Below the pieces are notes generated by a model, which was not told the origin of the DNA, did not search any database, and saw only the letters and a list, made by a program, of their open reading frames with translations. From Methanothermobacter thermautotrophicus str. Delta H (GTDB lineage: Archaea > Methanobacteriota > Methanobacteria > Methanobacteriales > Methanothermobacteraceae), in the NCBI RefSeq assembly GCF_000008645.1, contig NC_000916.1, positions 210,001-242,000 on the forward strand: DNA of 32,000 bases. Direction: 5' to 3'. Numbering within the stretch: position 1 is the stretch's first letter; each line of letters starts with the position of its first letter. Positions 31,250 through 32,000 of the stretch are shown piece after piece. A program made the position numbers and the translations under genes.

Positions 31250-31684
31250 GTGGTATTCATGACAGAGTCAGATTTTAGGGATTTCTATGATGTGCTTGTT
31301 GAAAACCTTGAATCATATAATGGGGAGTACGCATCCTTCATAGATTACGGGCCGAAACTCTTCAAGTTACTCACGGATTTTCTGGGCTATGAGCACCTTA
31401 AAGGCCAGCTTAAACTTAAGATTAGCGCTGCAATAGCCTACTACGTTGTTCCCATGGACATCATACCGGAGACAGTATACGGTGCATATGGCTACATCGA
31501 CGACATATTCATAACAGCATACGTTATAAGGATCCTGGCGGACGTTTACGGCTATGATCTACTCTCAGAGTACTGGGATGGGAAGGATGACCTTGAGGAG
31601 GTCGTCGAGCTCTGCTATGAGAGGTCAAAGGATGTCCTGAGGGATAAAACCAGTGATGTTCTGGATTATGTGGGGTTGCTCTGA
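31250..31684 (+). CDS. DUF1232 (YkvA-like) domain protein
   Basis: AAIAYYVVPMDIIPETVYGAYGYIDDIFITAYVI matches the DUF1232 Y..P.DlIP....G..DD signature. An ATG is at 31259. Confidence 0.7.
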   Translation: MVFMTESDFRDFYDVLVENLESYNGEYASFIDYGPKLFKLLTDFLGYEHLKGQLKLKISAAIAYYVVPMDIIPETVYGAYGYIDDIFITAYVIRILADVYGYDLLSEYWDGKDDLEEVVELCYERSKDVLRDKTSDVLDYVGLL

Positions 31685-32000
31685 TCAGCTATTCTCAGGA
31701 ACCCTGTTCTCCCATTTCATATCTTCAAGGACTCCGAGGACGTTTCCAAGGGATTGCTTCTCTACACTGATTTCAATCAGAAGTTCGAAGCACTCATCAT
31801 CCCTGAGGATCATGCACTTCTTCATTGAGGGTATGAGGTCCCTCAGTTCATTCATGGTCTCAATGACAACGTTACCGCTCACAATACAGTTCATCATGAG
31901 GTTGAGGTTTTCGCCGTCAGGGTTTATGTAGAGTATCTCCTTCCTCTGGACACCATTATCTTCAGGTTCTTCCTTTAATGCTTCCTTCTCTGGTTCTATC
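31685..32000 (-). CDS. hypothetical protein, 5' end beyond the window
   Basis: The track ORF is 31685..31897. My translation shows the minus-strand frame stays open to nt 32000 (...EPEKEALKEEPEDNGVQRKEILYINPDGENLNLMMNCIV...). I recognised no motif. Confidence 0.45.
   Translation of the reverse strand, partial: IEPEKEALKEEPEDNGVQRKEILYINPDGENLNLMMNCIVSGNVVIETMNELRDLIPSMKKCMILRDDECFELLIEISVEKQSLGNVLGVLEDMKWENRVPENS

Overview
The window looks like a chromosomal segment from an archaeal methanogen, probably a Methanothermobacter-like member of the Methanobacteriales. This is an inference from several features: a split RNA polymerase A' subunit, an F420-dependent sulfite reductase (Fsr), a geranylgeranyl reductase paired with a ferredoxin, pseudomurein-binding-like repeats, GGAGG/GGTGAT Shine-Dalgarno sites and TTTATA-type promoters. 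Ordinary content includes a UbiA prenyltransferase, the geranylgeranyl reductase with an unlisted 53-aa ferredoxin, a HisKA_2-type histidine kinase, an M28-like peptidase, a HepT/MntA toxin-antitoxin pair, a NurA/HerA pair and a DUF1232 protein. The main item is a seven-gene, same-strand, tightly coupled cluster at 7955-15622. In order it encodes a coiled-coil protein, a tandem AAA+ ATPase (degenerate N-terminal half, ClpB-D2-like C-terminal half), a degenerate vWA-like/Zn-ribbon protein, a frame-disrupted FGE-sulfatase-like protein, an NrdG-type radical-SAM enzyme with no glycyl-radical partner in view, a Zn-ribbon TRAFAC GTPase and a 499-aa unknown partner. I read this as an uncharacterised NTP-dependent conflict or defence-type system, but I cannot prove that from sequence alone. 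Other notable items are a PadR regulator translationally coupled to an Fsr that carries an extra N-terminal HAAS/DUF1700-like helical module, an orphan frame-broken paralogue of RNA polymerase subunit A' outside any rpo operon, a perfect 44-bp tandem repeat carrying phased TATA-like motifs, a lipoprotein gene with an in-frame TAG in its lipobox plus a decayed paralogue remnant, and a HepT whose Rx4-6H histidine is replaced by arginine. At least three frame breaks in the window all shift in the same direction, and two of them lie at or next to homopolymers. Assembly indel error therefore has to be excluded before any of these genes is called a pseudogene. I saw no rRNA, tRNA, CRISPR array, transposase or integrase.
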